The notes under the pieces were generated by a model that saw only the letters and a program-made list of their open reading frames with translations, made no database searches and was not told the origin of the DNA. Shown here piece by piece: positions 1 through 9,372 of a stretch of 64,000 bases of DNA; position 1 is the first letter of the stretch, and every line of letters begins with the position of its first letter. This stretch comes from an uncultured Trueperaceae bacterium (lineage in GTDB: Bacteria; Deinococcota; Deinococci; Deinococcales; Trueperaceae): positions 896,001 through 960,000 of the forward strand of contig CAVSGP010000004.1 of NCBI GenBank assembly GCA_963727505.1, in the 5' to 3' direction. The position numbers and the translations under genes are program-made.

Positions 1-391
1 CGACAGATTTCCTCCCCACGCTGAAAGCTTGCGCGTCAGCAGGTTCTCGTAGGCCGAGGGCGTCGACGATACCGCGCTGACGGTGCGCCCACTTCGGCAC
101 TCCTTGGGCGACCCGACCGGAAGCACGGGCCGCTCGCCCGGGCATCGCCGCACCTCGTGGCGCCGCGACTCATGGTGGGGTCGGGGCTCAAGCATGGCCG
201 TAGTCTAAAGGCAGACGGACCGTATGTGGCATCCCTTCGAGCTCCTTCGTTGACATCGTCGCCGTGCCGGCCGCGCGTTCGCCGCTGGGCGCCTGCGGTC
301 CTCGAGGAGCCGGACCCGCCTTTCGAGTACCGCTTCGAGGACCTGCCGCACTGCGCGACGACGGCGCGCGCCCGGCAGGAGCCTACCTCAC

Positions 392-422
392 GGGACGAAC
401 GTCCCCATGGGGCAAATGTCCC
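392..422. promoter_or_regulatory. Tandem palindromic boxes GGGACGAACGTCCC (392-405) and GGGGCAAATGTCCC (409-422), DosR/NarL-family-like operator candidate
   Basis: GGGAC-N4-GTCCC palindrome plus a degenerate copy 17 bp downstream, ~100 bp upstream of the PRTase gene. Confidence 0.35.
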
Positions 423-524
423 TCCGTCGCGAGCACCGGTACGCGGCGTCTCCGCCGGCCACGTCACGGTAACCGAGGTCACCGATGCCACCCCCGCCGC
501 GCCCCCGGCGAGGCACACTGGAGC

Positions 525-941
525 ATGGCTCCGACGCCGGACGCGCTTCCCATCGATTTCGAGACCATCAGCCGACGACTCCACGACCTGTCGATCCCGG
601 CGGTGGACGTGGTGGTGGGGATCGCCTCCGGTGGCACGGTCCCGGCTTCGCTCCTGGCGCACCAGCTGCGTAAGCCGCTGGCGTTGGTGACGATCAACTT
701 CCGCGCCCCGGACAACGCGCCGCAGCGGCCCGCGCCGGAGCTCCTGAGCGAGGTGCCCGACCTGCCTGCCGGCAGTCACCTGCTCCTGGTGGACGAGGCG
801 AGCGTGACCGGCGCCACGCTCGCGACAGCGCGGACACTGTTCGCGGACCACCCCGTCACCACGCTCGTGCTCAAGGGCAAGGGGGACCTGGTGGCCTTCC
901 CGGAGGTCCGCACCTGCGTGGCGTGGCCCTGGAAGCGCTGA
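525..941 (+). CDS. Type I phosphoribosyltransferase family protein
   Basis: VVVGIASGG and LLLVDEASVTGATL (PRPP-binding loop); GGAG before ATG 525. Confidence 0.8.
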   Translation: MAPTPDALPIDFETISRRLHDLSIPAVDVVVGIASGGTVPASLLAHQLRKPLALVTINFRAPDNAPQRPAPELLSEVPDLPAGSHLLLVDEASVTGATLATARTLFADHPVTTLVLKGKGDLVAFPEVRTCVAWPWKR

Positions 942-1140
942 CAAGCGGAAGGCAGTCCAGCACGACAACCGAAGGACGACGTCGGGCGCGCTACGTTGCC
1001 TGCGTCACCGGCCCGACGCTTCAGTCCGGGACAATTGCACGTTGCAGGGCGCCGGGCCGTGGCAGGTAGGCCTCGTCCGCCCGGCGGCATCGACCCAGAC
1101 GGGACCGCGTCCCGCTACATCGACCTGGAAGGAGCCCATC

Positions 1141-1644
1141 ATGGCGTCCGCCACGACGAGCCAGACAGGATCCAACCTCAACCAGGAACTCGTGCGTCCG
1201 GCCCTGCTGGGCCTCATGGACGGCACCGTCTCCACGCTGGCACCGATCTTCGCCGCCGCGCAGCTCACGAGCAGCATCCACGTGTTCTGGGTAGGGTTGG
1301 CGGCGGCGACCGGAGCCGGTCTGAGCATGGGGCTGGCCGAGGCCCTCTCGCACGGTCCCGACGAGAAGATGGACGTCGCACCGGGGTGGAAGGGGGTCAC
1401 CACCGGCCTCGGCACCACCCTCGGCGGGATCTTCCACAGCTTGCCCTTCCTCATCCCCAACCTCACCCTGGCCCTGATCATCGCCTACATCGTGGTGGGC
1501 GCCGAGTTGCTGGTGATCTCGGCCATCCGCTGGCGCTACCTCAAGTTCCCCCTTTGGAGGACGCTCGTCCTCGTCGTCGGCGGAGGCATCCTGGTGTTCT
1601 TCCTCGGGATCTTCCTGGGCAGCATCGGCAGCGGCGCCATCTGA
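1141..1644 (+). CDS. VIT1/CCC1 family Fe/Mn transporter (like the MbfA membrane domain)
   Basis: LLGLMDGTVSTLAPIFAAA and GAGLSMGLAEALS, about 5 TM helices; GGAAGGAG RBS. Confidence 0.8.
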   Translation: MASATTSQTGSNLNQELVRPALLGLMDGTVSTLAPIFAAAQLTSSIHVFWVGLAAATGAGLSMGLAEALSHGPDEKMDVAPGWKGVTTGLGTTLGGIFHSLPFLIPNLTLALIIAYIVVGAELLVISAIRWRYLKFPLWRTLVLVVGGGILVFFLGIFLGSIGSGAI

Positions 1645-1669
1645 AGCCAACATCCAGAAGGAAAAGGTC

Positions 1670-1695
1670 GCGCCGGCCTCGTTCGAGGCCGGCGC
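1670..1695. terminator. GC-rich hairpin between convergent genes
   Basis: GCGCCGGCCTCG-TT-CGAGGCCGGCGC perfect inverted repeat. Confidence 0.6.
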
Positions 1696-1746
1696 CTTCG
1701 TCGCAGCCGCACCAGCGTGGGGGCGGCCGCGCTCGCCGGCCGCGCC

Positions 1747-2619
1747 TCAGCTCAAAGGCACGATCCGCACGGCGTTGTCGTTGAACAGCGGGATCAGGAG
1801 CAGGTTGCGGGAGCTGTCATAGCCGATGTCAGCCGGCGCCGGCGCGTCGGAAGCGACGGTGACGGACGACCCGTCGGGCGACACCCGCACCACCGAGGAC
1901 GAAGCCCAGCTCGACACCAGCACGTCGCCACCCGGTAGCAGCACCACTCCGTCGAGCTGCCGGACCGGCAGCGCCCGGCGGCTCGTGACGCTTCCGCCCT
2001 GCACCTCGTACATCGCCTTCGAGCCCCCGAACGGCACCACCAGCAGCGCGCCCGACGGAAGCACCGTCACGCCGTTGGGATGGTCCAGCTCGGGTCCGCC
2101 GATGACCGGCTGCAGCTCGCCGTCCCGGTAGCGGTAGATGGCGTCGGTCCCGGTCGCCTGGAACTGCGGGTCCAGCCCGGAGTCCGTGACGTACACGGCG
2201 CCGTCGGGCCCCGCCGCCACGTCGTTGAGGAAGGTACTCCCCGGCACCGCGACCGACCCCACGGGTTCTCCGCTCGACGCGTCGAACATCCGCAGCTCGG
2301 TGATGTCGGCGACGTACAGCACGCCGCCCGTGATGGCCATGCCCTTGGGCCCGTCGAGCGCGACACCCGCCGCGCCACCGTCGATCCACTTCAGATCGAG
2401 GACGCTGCCGTCCGGCGCCAGCCTGCTGATGAAGCCGTTACCGTCCTTGTCGAGCGGCGCGCCGTTGATGTTGGAAACGAGATAGACGTCGTCACCCGGA
2501 ACGTAGAGCACCGACTCCGGCGTGGCGAGCCCGATGTCGTGGAGGGTGTCCGGCGCCTGCGCCACCGCCAGCCCCAGGAGCGCCAGGGCGACAACCGCCC
2601 CCATCCGACGAACGATCAT
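1747..2619 (-). CDS. Secreted SMP-30/gluconolactonase-like beta-propeller protein
   Basis: Signal peptide ending AVAQ; TPESV, GPKGMAI, FLNDVA, HPNGV, LDGV, PADIG blade motifs; GGAGG RBS. Confidence 0.8.
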   Translation of the reverse strand: MIVRRMGAVVALALLGLAVAQAPDTLHDIGLATPESVLYVPGDDVYLVSNINGAPLDKDGNGFISRLAPDGSVLDLKWIDGGAAGVALDGPKGMAITGGVLYVADITELRMFDASSGEPVGSVAVPGSTFLNDVAAGPDGAVYVTDSGLDPQFQATGTDAIYRYRDGELQPVIGGPELDHPNGVTVLPSGALLVVPFGGSKAMYEVQGGSVTSRRALPVRQLDGVVLLPGGDVLVSSWASSSVVRVSPDGSSVTVASDAPAPADIGYDSSRNLLLIPLFNDNAVRIVPLS

Positions 2620-2925
2620 GGTGTACCTCCCGTTCCACGAGAAGAGCCCGGGCGCGAAGTGAGAGACGTCGCCGGCACCCCGCCCCGATGGTCTCGGGGC
2701 AGGGGGCCCCGTTGGGATGCCGCCCGACGCTGCCCAGCCTAGCGGCCGCCCGCGTCGTGGGCAAGCGCGACCGCACCGCGTCCGACAGGCGGCCGTCGGG
2801 GGCGCATGCGATTGCGCTAACGGCGTCCACGGGCCTACCCTGCGGGTGAAGGAGACGGCATGGCGCGGCAGCCAGGGACCGCGGAACGCCGCGATGGCCG
2901 GGCCACCGGGGCCCGAGGAGGCAGC

Positions 2926-3939
2926 ATGAACACCGTCCGCTGGGGCATCATCGGCTGTGGCAACGTCACCGAGGTCAAGAGCGGGCCCGGCTTCCAGAAG
3001 GCGCGGGGCTCGAGCCTGGTCGCCGTGATGCGCAGGAACGGCGCCCTTGCCGAGGACTACGCGCGCCGCCACGGCGTGCCCCGCTTCTACGACGATGCCG
3101 AAGCTCTGATCCAGGACCCCGATGTGGACGCGGTCTACGTTGCGACGCCGCCGTCCAGCCATCGCCTCTACACCGAGATGGCCGTGGCGCGAGGCAAGCC
3201 CGTCTACGTCGAGAAGCCCATGGCGACGACCGGTGCCGACGGCGAAGCCATGCGCTCGGCCTGCGCCGAGGCGGGCGTGCCGCTGTTCGTGGCCTATTAC
3301 CGGCGCGCCCTGCCGCGCTTCCTCCAGGTCCAGGCACTCCTCGCAGACGGCGCCATCGGCGATCCGGTGGCGGTGGTGGTCACGCACCTCAGCCCGCCGG
3401 CCGACAGCGAGAGCGCGGCACTCGCTGGCTGGCGCGTATCCCCCGAGATCGCAGGAGGCGGGTACTTCGTCGACCTGGGGAGCCACACCCTCGACCTGCT
3501 CGACTTCCTGCTGGGGCCCGTGCAGCGGGCGGACGGGAGCGCGGCCAACCGTGCGGGCCTATACCCGGCCGAGGACCTGGTCACCGCCCGGCTCACCTTC
3601 GCGTCCGGCGTCCAGGGCGTGGGCGTGTGGTCGTTCAGCGCCGCAGAGCGTCGCGAGCAGGTCGAGATCTTCGGCACGCGCGGCACATTGCGCTTCTCCG
3701 TGTTCGCCGATGCACCCGTAGCGCTCAGCCGCCAGGGGGTCGAGGAGCTCCTGCCCCTCGTGCCCCACCCGCCGCACGTGCAGCAGCCGCTGATCCAGAC
3801 GGTGGTGAACGCACTCACGGGGAGCGGCACCTGCCCCAGCACCGGCGAGAGCGCCGCACGCACCAGCCACGTCATCGACCGTTTGCTGGCCGACCACCGC
3901 GCCGCGCTCCGCACCGACGGCGCACCGGCAGCGTCCTGA
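2926..3939 (+). CDS. Gfo/Idh/MocA family oxidoreductase
   Basis: VRWGIIGCG, VYVATPP, VEKP, DLGSH motifs; GAGGAGG RBS. Confidence 0.9.
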   Translation: MNTVRWGIIGCGNVTEVKSGPGFQKARGSSLVAVMRRNGALAEDYARRHGVPRFYDDAEALIQDPDVDAVYVATPPSSHRLYTEMAVARGKPVYVEKPMATTGADGEAMRSACAEAGVPLFVAYYRRALPRFLQVQALLADGAIGDPVAVVVTHLSPPADSESAALAGWRVSPEIAGGGYFVDLGSHTLDLLDFLLGPVQRADGSAANRAGLYPAEDLVTARLTFASGVQGVGVWSFSAAERREQVEIFGTRGTLRFSVFADAPVALSRQGVEELLPLVPHPPHVQQPLIQTVVNALTGSGTCPSTGESAARTSHVIDRLLADHRAALRTDGAPAAS

Positions 3940-4125
3940 CGAGCACCGTCCCGACGAACGGCATCCAGGTCACGTCCTCCTCACGGATCGGCGCTACGCT
4001 CGTCTGCGGGCCGGCGGCGGATTCGCAGGCCCCGGCCTGTCCGACGGGCCCGGGTCGCACGACGGACCCGCCCCCACGGCTCCATGCCCTCGTTCGGCGC
4101 CCGCAAGGCGCAAAGAGGAGCGCTC

Positions 4126-4908
4126 ATGCAGATCCGACTGGACGGCAAACGAGCCCTCGTGACCGGTGCCAACAGCGGCATCGGCGCGGCCATCGCCGAG
4201 GCCCTCGGCGAGGCCGGCGCACGCGTGGCCATCAACTTCCTCGAGGGCCAGGACGCAGCCGACGGGGTCGCCGAGCGTGTTCGTAAGGCGGGCGGTGAGG
4301 CTCTCACGGTCCAGGCCGACGTGGCGTCGACCGAAGGCGTGGACGCCATGTACGAACGCCTCGACGAAGCCTGGGGAGGCATCGACATCCTGGTGAACAA
4401 CGCCGGAATCGACGGCGCTCGCGCCGAGGCGTGGCAGAGCGAGCCGGACGCTTGGCGCAAGGTGATCGACGTCAACCTCTTCGGCGCCTTCAACTGCGCG
4501 CGCCAGGCCCTGAAGCGCATGATCCCCGCCGGGAGCGGCGTGGTGCTCACCATCACTTCCGTGCACGAAGTCATCCCCTGGAGCGGCTACAGCGCCTACA
4601 CGGCGGCCAAGGCGGGAGCCGGGATGATGACGCGCACCCTCGCTCAGGAGGCCGCGCCGCACGGCGTGCGCGTCCTGGCGCTGGCGCCGGGCGCCGTCAA
4701 GACCGCCATCAACAAGTCGGTATGGAGCGATCCCGGCGCGCTGTCCGATCTGCTGGACAAGATCCCGCTCAATCGCCTGGGCGACCCGGCGGACATCGCG
4801 CGCATGGCGACCGTGCTGGTCTCCGACGCGGCCGGTTACGTCACCGGCACCACCATCTTCGTGGACGGCGCGATGACCGACTACCCCGACTTCGCGCACG
4901 GTGGCTGA
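4126..4908 (+). CDS. SDR oxidoreductase, glucose 1-dehydrogenase-like
   Basis: TGANSGIG, VNNAG, SVHEVIPW, YTAAK. Confidence 0.9.
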   Translation: MQIRLDGKRALVTGANSGIGAAIAEALGEAGARVAINFLEGQDAADGVAERVRKAGGEALTVQADVASTEGVDAMYERLDEAWGGIDILVNNAGIDGARAEAWQSEPDAWRKVIDVNLFGAFNCARQALKRMIPAGSGVVLTITSVHEVIPWSGYSAYTAAKAGAGMMTRTLAQEAAPHGVRVLALAPGAVKTAINKSVWSDPGALSDLLDKIPLNRLGDPADIARMATVLVSDAAGYVTGTTIFVDGAMTDYPDFAHGG

Positions 4909-4940
4909 TCCCGTGGCTGATCCCGTGGCTGATCCCGTGG
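4901..4940 (+). repeat. 12-bp tandem repeat (GTGGCTGATCCC)x3 over the SDR stop / GH15 start
   Basis: Read directly; encodes (V/M)ADP x3 at the GH15 N-terminus. Confidence 0.9.
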
Positions 4941-7264
4941 ACGCCCCCGGTGCGCCCGGTATCGCCCCGACCTGGACCTCGAGCGCCAAGGACCTCGTCA
5001 CCACGGCGCTCGGACCCTCCAGGCTGTGGGCCACGCTCGGTCACGGCATCGTCAACGAGGTCTACTATCCGACCACGGGCCAGCCTCAGGTCCGCGATCT
5101 GGGCTTCATCGTGGCCGGTGAGGACGGCTGGTGGGAGATCAAGCGCGTGGCCCGCTACCGCATCGCTACGCCGGCTCCGACCGTCCCGCTGCCCACGTTC
5201 CATCATGAGCACGAACGCTACCAGCTCGAGCTCGAGGTGCTCCCCGACCCCGAGCGCGAGGCCCTGCTGGTGCGCTACCACCTCGAGGGTCGAGGCATGC
5301 GGCTCTACCCGTTGCTCGCCCCGCACCTCGGCGCCAACGGCGCCGACAACGACGCCTGGCTCGGGGCCTCCGGCGCGCTCTGTGCCCGGGGCGGCGACGA
5401 GGCGCTCGCGCTCGTGTCCGATGCCGGTTTCGCACGCAGAAGCGCAGGCTACGTCGGCACCTCGGACGGCTGGCAGGACTTCGCGCGCAACGGCGCCATG
5501 ACCTGGGGCTACCAGGCGGCCCGGCACGGCAACGTGGCGCTCATGGGCGAGCTGCCGGCAGCAGAGGGCGTGCTAGCGCTGGGCCTCGCCGAGACCGTGG
5601 AGGGCGCCTTGACCCGCGCGCGCTCCAGCCTGGCCATGGGGTTCGACCATGCACGCCGCGTCTTCGTCGATGCCTGGACCGGCTGGGGCGAGACCTTGAC
5701 GACACCCTCGCTGCCCGACGATCTAGCGCACGAGGCGCTGCTATCGGCGACGGTCCTCAAGGTCCATGAGGACAAGGCCTACCCGGGTGCGGTGGTGGCC
5801 AGTCTCAGCATCCCGTGGGGCAACGCCCGCGACGACCTCGGCGGCTACCACCTGGTGTGGCCGCGCGACGCCGTCGAGACCGGCCTCGGCCTGCTGGCGG
5901 CCGGCCAACGCGGCGACGCTCGCCGCATGCTGGCCTACCTGATCGGCACCCAGAAGCGCGATGGCCACTGGACGCAGAACATGTTCCCCGACGCGCGACC
6001 GTTCTGGTCAGGGGTGCAGCTCGACGAGGTAGGTTTCCCGCTGCTGCTCGCCGCCAAGCTGCGGGAGGAGGACGCCCTCGACGGGCTACAGGGCGTGGAG
6101 GCGATGGCACGCGCCGCGGCCGGCTTCGTGGCACGTCATGGCCCGCTCACGCCGCAGGACCGCTGGGAGGAGAACGGCGGCGCCAATCCCTTCACCATGG
6201 CGGTCGAAGTCGCGGCGCTCGTGGCTTCGAGCGCGTTCCTGGAGGCGGACGAGAGCGCTTACGCGCTCTCGCTGGCCGACAGCTGGAACGAACGCATCGA
6301 GGACCTCACCTACGTCGTCGACGGCCCGCTAGCGGCGCACCACGAGATCGCTGGCTACTACCTGCGCATCGCGCCCCCGCTGTCCGCCGGCGGGCTGCGC
6401 GGCCGGATCGAGGTGCGCAACCGCGTCGACGACAGCCTCGAGGCCGCTCGTCTGGTGAGCCTTGACTACCTGGCGCTGGTGCGCCTCGGACTGCGTGCCG
6501 CCGACGATCCGCGCATCGTGGACACCACCAAGCTGGTCGACCGGATGCTGGCCGTCCCGCTCCCCACCGGCACCGCCTACCACCGCTACAACGACGACGG
6601 CTACGGCGAACACCCCGATGGCAGCCCCTTCGACGGGACCGGCGTCGGCCGCGCCTGGCCGCTGCTGGCCGGCGAACGCGCCCACCTGGCCCTGCAACAA
6701 GGTGAAGATCCGCTGCCCGCACTTCGCGCCATGGCCGCCATGTCCGGTCCCGCGGGCCTCATCCCCGAACAGGTGTGGGACGCGGACCCCATCCCGGAAC
6801 GCTTCCTCGAGCCCGGCAAGCCGTCGGGCAGCGCCATGCCGCTGGTATGGGCGCACGCGGAGTTCGTCAAGCTGGCGTTCGCGCGCGACGCCGGCCGGCC
6901 GCTCGAGCTGCTCGACGCCGTGGTCGATCGCTACCACGGCACGAGGCCACAGGCCGCCTGCTGGCACTGGCGCGACGCCGTTCCCTTCGACGCCCTCCCA
7001 AGGGGTCGGGCATTGCAAGTCGAGCGCCCCTCCCCCTTCACGTTGCACCTGGGCTTCGACGGATGGAACGTACCTCACGACCGCGCGGCCGTTGCGCTGC
7101 CGTTCGGGATGTACGGGGTGCGGCTCGACGCCGACGAGCTGGTGGGGCGCACGACGCTCGAGTTCACGCTGCGCGACGAGGCGTCCGGCGCATGGTCGCC
7201 CGACCGGCAGATCCGGCTGGACGCCGCGGGCCCGCGAGGAAGCATGGAACAGACGGCGGCTTAG
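4901..7264 (+). CDS. Glycoside hydrolase family 15 (bacterial glucoamylase/glucodextranase type)
   Basis: APGAPGIAPTWTSSAKD, GGYHLVWPRD, QDRWEE, YHRYNDDGYGE, IPEQVW, SAMPLVWAHAEF; exact start uncertain because of the repeat. Confidence 0.92.
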   Translation: MADPVADPVADPVDAPGAPGIAPTWTSSAKDLVTTALGPSRLWATLGHGIVNEVYYPTTGQPQVRDLGFIVAGEDGWWEIKRVARYRIATPAPTVPLPTFHHEHERYQLELEVLPDPEREALLVRYHLEGRGMRLYPLLAPHLGANGADNDAWLGASGALCARGGDEALALVSDAGFARRSAGYVGTSDGWQDFARNGAMTWGYQAARHGNVALMGELPAAEGVLALGLAETVEGALTRARSSLAMGFDHARRVFVDAWTGWGETLTTPSLPDDLAHEALLSATVLKVHEDKAYPGAVVASLSIPWGNARDDLGGYHLVWPRDAVETGLGLLAAGQRGDARRMLAYLIGTQKRDGHWTQNMFPDARPFWSGVQLDEVGFPLLLAAKLREEDALDGLQGVEAMARAAAGFVARHGPLTPQDRWEENGGANPFTMAVEVAALVASSAFLEADESAYALSLADSWNERIEDLTYVVDGPLAAHHEIAGYYLRIAPPLSAGGLRGRIEVRNRVDDSLEAARLVSLDYLALVRLGLRAADDPRIVDTTKLVDRMLAVPLPTGTAYHRYNDDGYGEHPDGSPFDGTGVGRAWPLLAGERAHLALQQGEDPLPALRAMAAMSGPAGLIPEQVWDADPIPERFLEPGKPSGSAMPLVWAHAEFVKLAFARDAGRPLELLDAVVDRYHGTRPQAACWHWRDAVPFDALPRGRALQVERPSPFTLHLGFDGWNVPHDRAAVALPFGMYGVRLDADELVGRTTLEFTLRDEASGAWSPDRQIRLDAAGPRGSMEQTAA

Positions 7265-7430
7265 AACACGCAACCTGACACACCGGCGGACGGCCGGGGG
7301 CCTGCACGACTCCTGCACGCAACGCAGCTTCCCCGTGCACGGCCACCCGGCATGGTGGGCTCAGGCGTCCTGGCGGACGCCCTGTCACACGCGGCGCGGC
7401 GCCCACGCCCGCCGCCGGAAGGAGCCTTCC

Positions 7431-8255
7431 ATGGTCCGATCGCTACGGCGCGGCGCCACCGCCGCACTTGCCACCGCCGTCCTCCTGGTGCCCTCGCTAG
7501 CCGCCGCCCAGTCCGGTTCGAACCCGTCCGGCTCGAACACGTCCGGCTCGAACACGACGGGCACGAACACGACGGGCACGAACACGACCGGCACGAACAC
7601 GGCCGGGCCGAACACGGCGGGGCCGAACCAGCCCACGACCCCGAACGCGCCCTCGACGTCGTCCCGAACGCTGGCGCAACTGGAGCGGGAAGCACTCCGA
7701 CTCACGCTCATCGCCCGCCTCCCGGCCGCCGACCGGCCGCAGGCCGGGCAGCTGCTCGACCGCGCCGACGCTCTGCGGCAGCGTGCCACAGACATGAGGC
7801 GTCAAGAGCTGCAGGCGTACGTCGACGCCCTCCAGGCTGGAGCCACACCGACCGACGCACGCACGCAGGCGCAGAAGAAGGTTGCCGGGGAACGCTCCAG
7901 CCTGGCGCAGGACGAGGCGACCCTCCGTACCGACGCGCAGACCTTCGTTCAGAAGGTTCCGCAGGCAAGGGCGCTGCTACGTAACCTGAGCCCGGGTCGA
8001 AGCGCGCGGACGCAGACCCTCGGCCGCGGGTTCGGTTCCGGGCAGGGCTGGGGGCAGGGACGCAGCATGGGCCAGGGTATGAACCGCAAGGGCATGGACC
8101 GCGGCTGGATGGGCCCGGACCGCAACGCTCCCTGGCAGCGTCCCGGCACGGGACCCCGCAACAGTCCCCCCCAGAACGGAACGCCACCGACAACACCCCG
8201 GTCAACGCCACCGAGCAGCACCCCGCCCGCTGGAACCGGAACCGGCGGCGCCTGA
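7431..8255 (+). CDS. Secreted hypothetical protein with NTTG-type repeats, helical core and G/P-rich tail
   Basis: GGAAGGAG RBS; signal peptide ending AAAQ; coding-like codon bias. Confidence 0.7.
   Translation: MVRSLRRGATAALATAVLLVPSLAAAQSGSNPSGSNTSGSNTTGTNTTGTNTTGTNTAGPNTAGPNQPTTPNAPSTSSRTLAQLEREALRLTLIARLPAADRPQAGQLLDRADALRQRATDMRRQELQAYVDALQAGATPTDARTQAQKKVAGERSSLAQDEATLRTDAQTFVQKVPQARALLRNLSPGRSARTQTLGRGFGSGQGWGQGRSMGQGMNRKGMDRGWMGPDRNAPWQRPGTGPRNSPPQNGTPPTTPRSTPPSSTPPAGTGTGGA
7512..7628 (+). repeat. Imperfect 15-bp coding tandem repeat (about 8 units; SNTSG/TNTTG/PNTAG)
   Basis: CGAACAC recurs with 15-bp period. Confidence 0.85.
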
Positions 8256-8344
8256 GACCGCGATCCCGCAGCGCGGCCGCCTCGCCACGCCCGATGCGCG
8301 GGACTACACGCGCGCGGAGCCGCGCACGCAACCCCTTCGCACGA

Positions 8345-8377
8345 ACGATGCCGGCGTCCCATCGACGCCGGCATCGT
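8345..8377. terminator. 14-bp perfect hairpin
   Basis: ACGATGCCGGCGTC-CCATC-GACGCCGGCATCGT between convergent units. Confidence 0.6.
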
Positions 8378-8469
8378 CTTCGTCGCGTGCGACGCCGTCG
8401 CACCCGCCCGCCCGTTCGACCCCGATGGCAGAACCGACGTCCGGCAGGGCTGCGGACCCTACAAGTGGA

Positions 8470-8493
8470 GGGCCCCCGCTTTCGCGGGGGCCC
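8470..8493 (-). terminator. 10-bp hairpin with GAAA loop on the minus strand
   Basis: GGGCCCCCGC-TTTC-GCGGGGGCCC on the + strand. Confidence 0.55.
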
Positions 8494-8720
8494 GGGACGG
8501 AATCGTCCACCATCCACACCTTAGGAGGGGTATGAAGAGAGGTTGCCACGCTCGTTGGCAGCCACGAGTAGAAGGATAGGCCCGTCTCTTGAAAGAAGGT
8601 TGAAGGATTCGTGAGAATCGTGACTGCGTTGCATGAAGTCGACTTCAGACGGTGCCCTCGGACGGTCCGCTCAGGCCGGGCATGGGTGGCGGGCGCCCGC
8701 CACCACGCCCACGGTGCGCC

Positions 8721-9365
8721 TCAATCGAGGAGGTTGTGCTCGAGCGCCCAACGCACCAGTTCGGCTCGGGTCTTGACGCCCAGCTTCTCCGACGCGCGCT
8801 CGCGGTAGGTAGCCACCGTCTTCTCGCTGATCCCCAGCGCTTCCGCGATCTCCTTGTAGGTGCTGCCGTGGGCGATGTGTCGCACCACCTCGTGCTCACG
8901 CTGCGTGAGCCGGGCGTTGCGGTAGGGGTCACCGGTGGCCATCTCCCGTGCCAGCTCGGCCAGCAGCCGCGCAGGAGCATAGTACTCGCCCCGGGACACC
9001 GCCAGGATGGCGTCGACGAGCTGCATCTCGAGCGAGCTCTTGGGCACGTAACCGGAGCCGCCGGCCTCCAGGAAGCCCTGTACGTACTCCGGGTCCTCGT
9101 GCATCGACAGCGCGATGAAGCGGGTCTCGGGCATACGCTTGCGCAGGCCCCGCACCGCTTCGATGCCGTTCATGCCCGGCAACGACAGGTCGAGCAGCAC
9201 CACGTCGGCGCCGATCTCGGGGAGCACCTCCAGCGCCTCCTCGGCGCTCTCGGCCTCACCGACCACCTCGAGCGAGTCCTGGGCGTTCAGCAACATGCGC
9301 ACACCGGCCCGCACGATGGCGTGATCGTCGACGATGAAGAGGCGGATAGGTTGGCGCGTGTTCAC
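8721..9365 (-). CDS. NarL/NreC-family response regulator (REC + LuxR HTH)
   Basis: IVDDHAIVRAG, LLDLSLPGMNG, LTQREHEV...KEIAEALGISEKTVATYR. Confidence 0.95.
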   Translation of the reverse strand: MNTRQPIRLFIVDDHAIVRAGVRMLLNAQDSLEVVGEAESAEEALEVLPEIGADVVLLDLSLPGMNGIEAVRGLRKRMPETRFIALSMHEDPEYVQGFLEAGGSGYVPKSSLEMQLVDAILAVSRGEYYAPARLLAELAREMATGDPYRNARLTQREHEVVRHIAHGSTYKEIAEALGISEKTVATYRERASEKLGVKTRAELVRWALEHNLLD

Positions 9366-9372
9366 GAGGCCT

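Noticed and set aside
1..390. Gene in the first 390 bp (157-690 and 36-968 ORFs)
   Set aside because: No recognisable motifs; a minus-strand GGAGG at 11-15 suggests this is the upstream region of a gene starting just outside the window
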